Shown: positions 36,858 through 40,876 of the stretch, piece by piece
Position numbering within the stretch: position 1 is the first letter of the stretch
Layout of the letters: every line of letters begins with the position of its first letter
Assembly: GCF_001194135.2 (NCBI RefSeq)
Contig: NC_068987.1
Coordinates: 51,350,142-51,391,017, forward strand
Source of the DNA: Octopus bimaculoides
Lineage: Eukaryota
DNA length: 40,876 nucleotides
Direction of reading: 5' to 3'
The notes under the pieces: model-generated
Seen by the model: the letters and a program-made list of their open reading frames with translations, nothing else
What the model was told of the DNA's origin: nothing
Databases searched by the model: none
Translations under genes and position numbers: made by a program

Positions 36858-38290
36858 AATAGGAAACTAGAAATATAGAAGAAAAATTCCATCAGTGATT
36901 TAAATGATTCTAACAATCTATTTCTGTTGAAAAAGAACAACTCTGTTCACTTCCCAGTTGAAAATTCTCAGTTGAGACTTACCATAAACCTAATTCTAAA
37001 TTAAGTTACATTAAGTTTAAAAGTAATAATCGAAAGTTAATAATTAATTGTTTCCTTTAAATATCGAAAAAAGAATTAATCACCCCTCATCTAATCAGGA
37101 AATTTTTAACAAAAATAAAGGGGACTATAACAATGCACTTACAAAAGCAGCATATAAACATATAATTGAATGTAATAGACATATGGCAAATAACACATCC
37201 TATGTTTCACATGATAGAATACATGGTAACACAAATGATTACAATAAAAGCACTGAAGCTAAAATTTAAAATATAAATGATGTAGCTAGAAGTGAACAAG
37301 ATATAAATGTAGTGAACACGGATAATTCTAACCATCAAATTGATATACATCTACATAATAATACGGGTATTAATAATAAAGATGGAAATGTGCGAATATT
37401 AAATATTAAGTGTAACCGTAAATCTATTAAGTACAATGATGAAAACAAGAAATATCAAAATAACAAGGCTATTGTTCAGTATGCTAATTGGAAATACGCT
37501 AAAAGCAATATAAACGGAACTCACATGGAAAAGCAATATAAATGGAAAACAAGACTAAACAGTATATAACTTGGTTAAACTCCACTAAAACTAACAATGG
37601 CAATTACTGAATCCCATAATACTACATGGCTAATTACACCTTTCTTAAAAAAGATAAAAACTAATTAAATTAAAACTTTGCGAAGATTAATAAATAAATA
37701 TTTTACTAACAATAAATATAATGATATAGTTAAATAATGGAAATATTCAAACGAGCTTCTTGTAATATATTTAGAATAATATCTTCATATTGGATTATTT
37801 TTATATTGAATAGACAATATAAGAAACTAGCCATGGGAAACGGTGACCATTTTAATTTAAAAAGTCAAGGATTACCTTGTTATGGCAAATAATAATTCTT
37901 ACCGAAATAGATATTGTAATGGTAAAGATAAGCTCAACTACAAATTTAACAATTTCTGTAAAAGTAATAATCTGGTATACCTGGCTATTGTTGAACCTGA
38001 AGGTAAGAATTCTTTCTATATCGGTTCAAGTGAATGCTTTATAAAGAAAAGAATCGTTTATCACGAACATAATTTTAGGAGCCGTTGAAAAATAAATGAT
38101 ACAAGGCTTAGTAGGTTCATTTGGAGTATTAAAGACAGCAATAAGAATTTTGAGTCATGCTAAAACATATAGTATCAAGGATAAGAGATGTCAGCTTTGT
38201 CTCGAAGAGATTTACCAAATAACTTTCAGACATCCACTACTAAATTCTAGAAATGTGTGCATGTTCCTAAGTGTATTTTCTCTATATATT
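36858..38290 (+). mobile_element. Decayed PLE 3' half (RT thumb + linker + GIY-YIG), same broad type as 23745-25480
   Basis: TYHKPNSKLSYI, FPLNIEKRINHPSSNQEIF..YNNALTKAAYK, TWLN, then YCNGKD..NNFCKSNNLVYLAIV..FYIGSSE..KKRIVYHEHNF, TRLSRFIWSIKD, CQLCLEE..LLNSR. Confidence 0.88.
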
Positions 38291-38624
38291 TCTAGACACT
38301 ATATCACATACATACAATGTCATATGGAATAAGAATGTATAAGCTTATAGTATATAATTTTTTTTTATATAACTAGAATTATAGCAATTAACATAATTCA
38401 TTTATTAATATAATTACCATATAAATAAACAATCTTCGATAGTGATAATCTTTTTTCAATAACATAAATCTAAAATAGTAATATAATAATTCTATACAGC
38501 CGTCTATACATAATGAATTTATTGATAACAAGTTTGATTAAGTTGCATTTTAATTATTTAACTTGTCTGATATTAATATAATTTCAAATAAATAATATAT
38601 CTAATTGCAAACTCTGTACACTCT

Positions 38625-38800
<176 letters not shown>

Positions 38801-40149
38801 AAATATACCTTACAAGTTTTTAGGCGCATATAAATAATAAGTTATTTGTAGTTAATAGACAAAGTATTTATTGTCCGAATACCGATAGACCATGTATATT
38901 AAATACTTAATTACAATGAACATTTATTGAATTATATCCATTTATGTAAAATTAATTTTTACGTAACATTCAATACTATATTATCATATTTAATTCACTA
39001 TTAACTAGCAGCGTATAATCACACATCTTTATATAATGAAATTGAAATAATTAGAACAACCAATTAATCCTTTTAATAGTTATATTATTGGATAACCTTC
39101 TGTATAAATAACCATGAAATTCTTTTAAATAAATATAATTTAATGACATATCACACCTAATCTATTTCTGGCAGTCACGTAATACGCAAACTTGCTCCTA
39201 TAATCTACAAGTAATATAACTCACAATTTTAATTTTAATAAGCTTGATTAACTTTAATTAGATATAAAAAATATTTTACATAATTATTATTATCTCTTTA
39301 ACCTTTTTAGAAAAATAAAAATAAAATATCGTATATCTAATTATATTTTATACTCATGCACGCACATACATGCTTAAACACGTAAATAACAGAGAAAAAT
39401 ATAAACAAGCACATTTGCGTACAAACACATTTACGTTTATAAGAGTATATACGGTTATCATATTCCAATTAAACTACACTTACAAATGCATAAAAAGATT
39501 AATTTCATTTAATAGGATTTTATAACAAATGCATAGACAGTAATATACATTGACTATGTAAACCAATAGAAACTTACTTACACAACTGTTATATTTTTAT
39601 TTTCTATTTCACTTTATACTATAAATGCATTACTATTTGTTTCTTTATTTTTAGACTTACACTAGACTGTTATTTTCATTTTAATATTATTTTTATTCTT
39701 TATTTTCATTTTATTACTTGTTATTACTTTTTAAATTATTAATAAAAACATATACATAATAAGTATATATTTCTGAATTTACTTAGTCTATCGGTAACTC
39801 TTTTTCAAATATACTCAATCCTTGATGACAATCTACCCAATATTATTCAAAATGGTATTTTATATTCCTCATTGGATTTATTCCAATTTTTTGAATTTGT
39901 AATTTATACACTGGACTGAATTGAAACGGGCGTAGGGTTTCATTTCACTATAGTTATTTTTGGAACTAAGCTAATAAATTAAGTTTACATCATTTCCAAA
40001 TCTCCATTATTTTATTTAATCATATTTGTACATCTAATGATCTCATACATATCGAAGAGAATTTTCCTCAACGATATTAGTGATTAACCGAGTGTAAATT
40101 TGGATGTAGTAATTTCTTATGAAGACAAGATATCCTTGCATTGACTACA

Positions 40150-40583
40150 TCCATATACATACGTACGTACACACACACATACATACATACATACATACAT
40201 ACATATGTACATACGTACATATATACAGACATGTATGTGTGTGTGTATATATGTACGTATGTATACACACACACACACGTATATATATACATACATACAT
40301 ATATATATATNNNNNNNNNNATATAGTGGGCCAAAAGAACATACGAACGTGGATGTGATCTTTGAATTACGTTTGTTTTAGTATTCGCACACTATAACTG
40401 CAATTTCTACATGCACCTCATAAAGGCAGTGTAAATACTCATACATGAATACTAATACACACACACACATACTCACACGCACAAACTCATCCACACATAT
40501 GTATGGATATATACATATATACATATATATATGTATCTATGTGTATATATATATATGTATATATATACACATATGTATGTATG

Positions 40584-40630
<47 letters not shown>
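40150..40630. repeat. (TACA)n/(TA)n/(CA)n low-complexity tracts
   Basis: Direct inspection. Confidence 0.9.
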
Positions 40631-40632
<2 letters not shown>

Positions 40633-40876
40633 GTAAAAATATGTAACGCTTATTCAGTAGCCATGATAAAACTCTGAGTTTCGGATGCCAGGGCGGGGCG
40701 GCCACGCCAAAATCTTTTCAGTTATCCGGCCATTTGAAATTTCCGTGAAAAAAAAAATGATTTTTCATGGCTCCTGAATAAGTGTCACATATTTTTACAG
40801 ATAAATTCCTGTATTTCCATAATATCGAGGTCTCTTTCTTTCTTTTGTTGCCATTCCTGTCATATATATATATATA

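Noticed and set aside
39921-39945. Small hairpin tgaaac-gggcgtagg-gtttca
   Set aside because: Only a 6-bp stem and no hammerhead core upstream; expected by chance.

Overview
Eukaryotic, AT-rich, repeat-saturated draft-assembly window with 11 N-gaps, most of them flanked by microsatellites. The repeat repertoire ((TA)n/(CA)n/(TATG)n/(TAGA)n arrays, two tRNA-derived SINE families, mariners, Penelope-like elements) suggests an octopus-type cephalopod genome; this is pattern recognition, not a database result. No intact protein-coding gene, rRNA, true tRNA or CRISPR array is supportable. Recognisable content is decayed mobile DNA: three Penelope-like retroelement (PLE) bodies with RT and GIY-YIG remnants, two PLE 3'/pseudo-LTR fragments with a variant hammerhead-like motif, four mariner copies (one split by a SINE with a 14-bp TSD), about eight SINEs, a Helitron remnant and a possible Tc1 remnant. 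The most striking structure is a 602-bp foldback non-autonomous DNA transposon (37-bp perfect TIRs starting GG, 8-bp TSD, Merlin-like) whose centre is a palindrome of telomeric repeats, (TAACCC)7 followed by (TTAGGG)-type units. Near-perfect inverted duplications embedded in CA/TG microsatellites occur at two separate loci.
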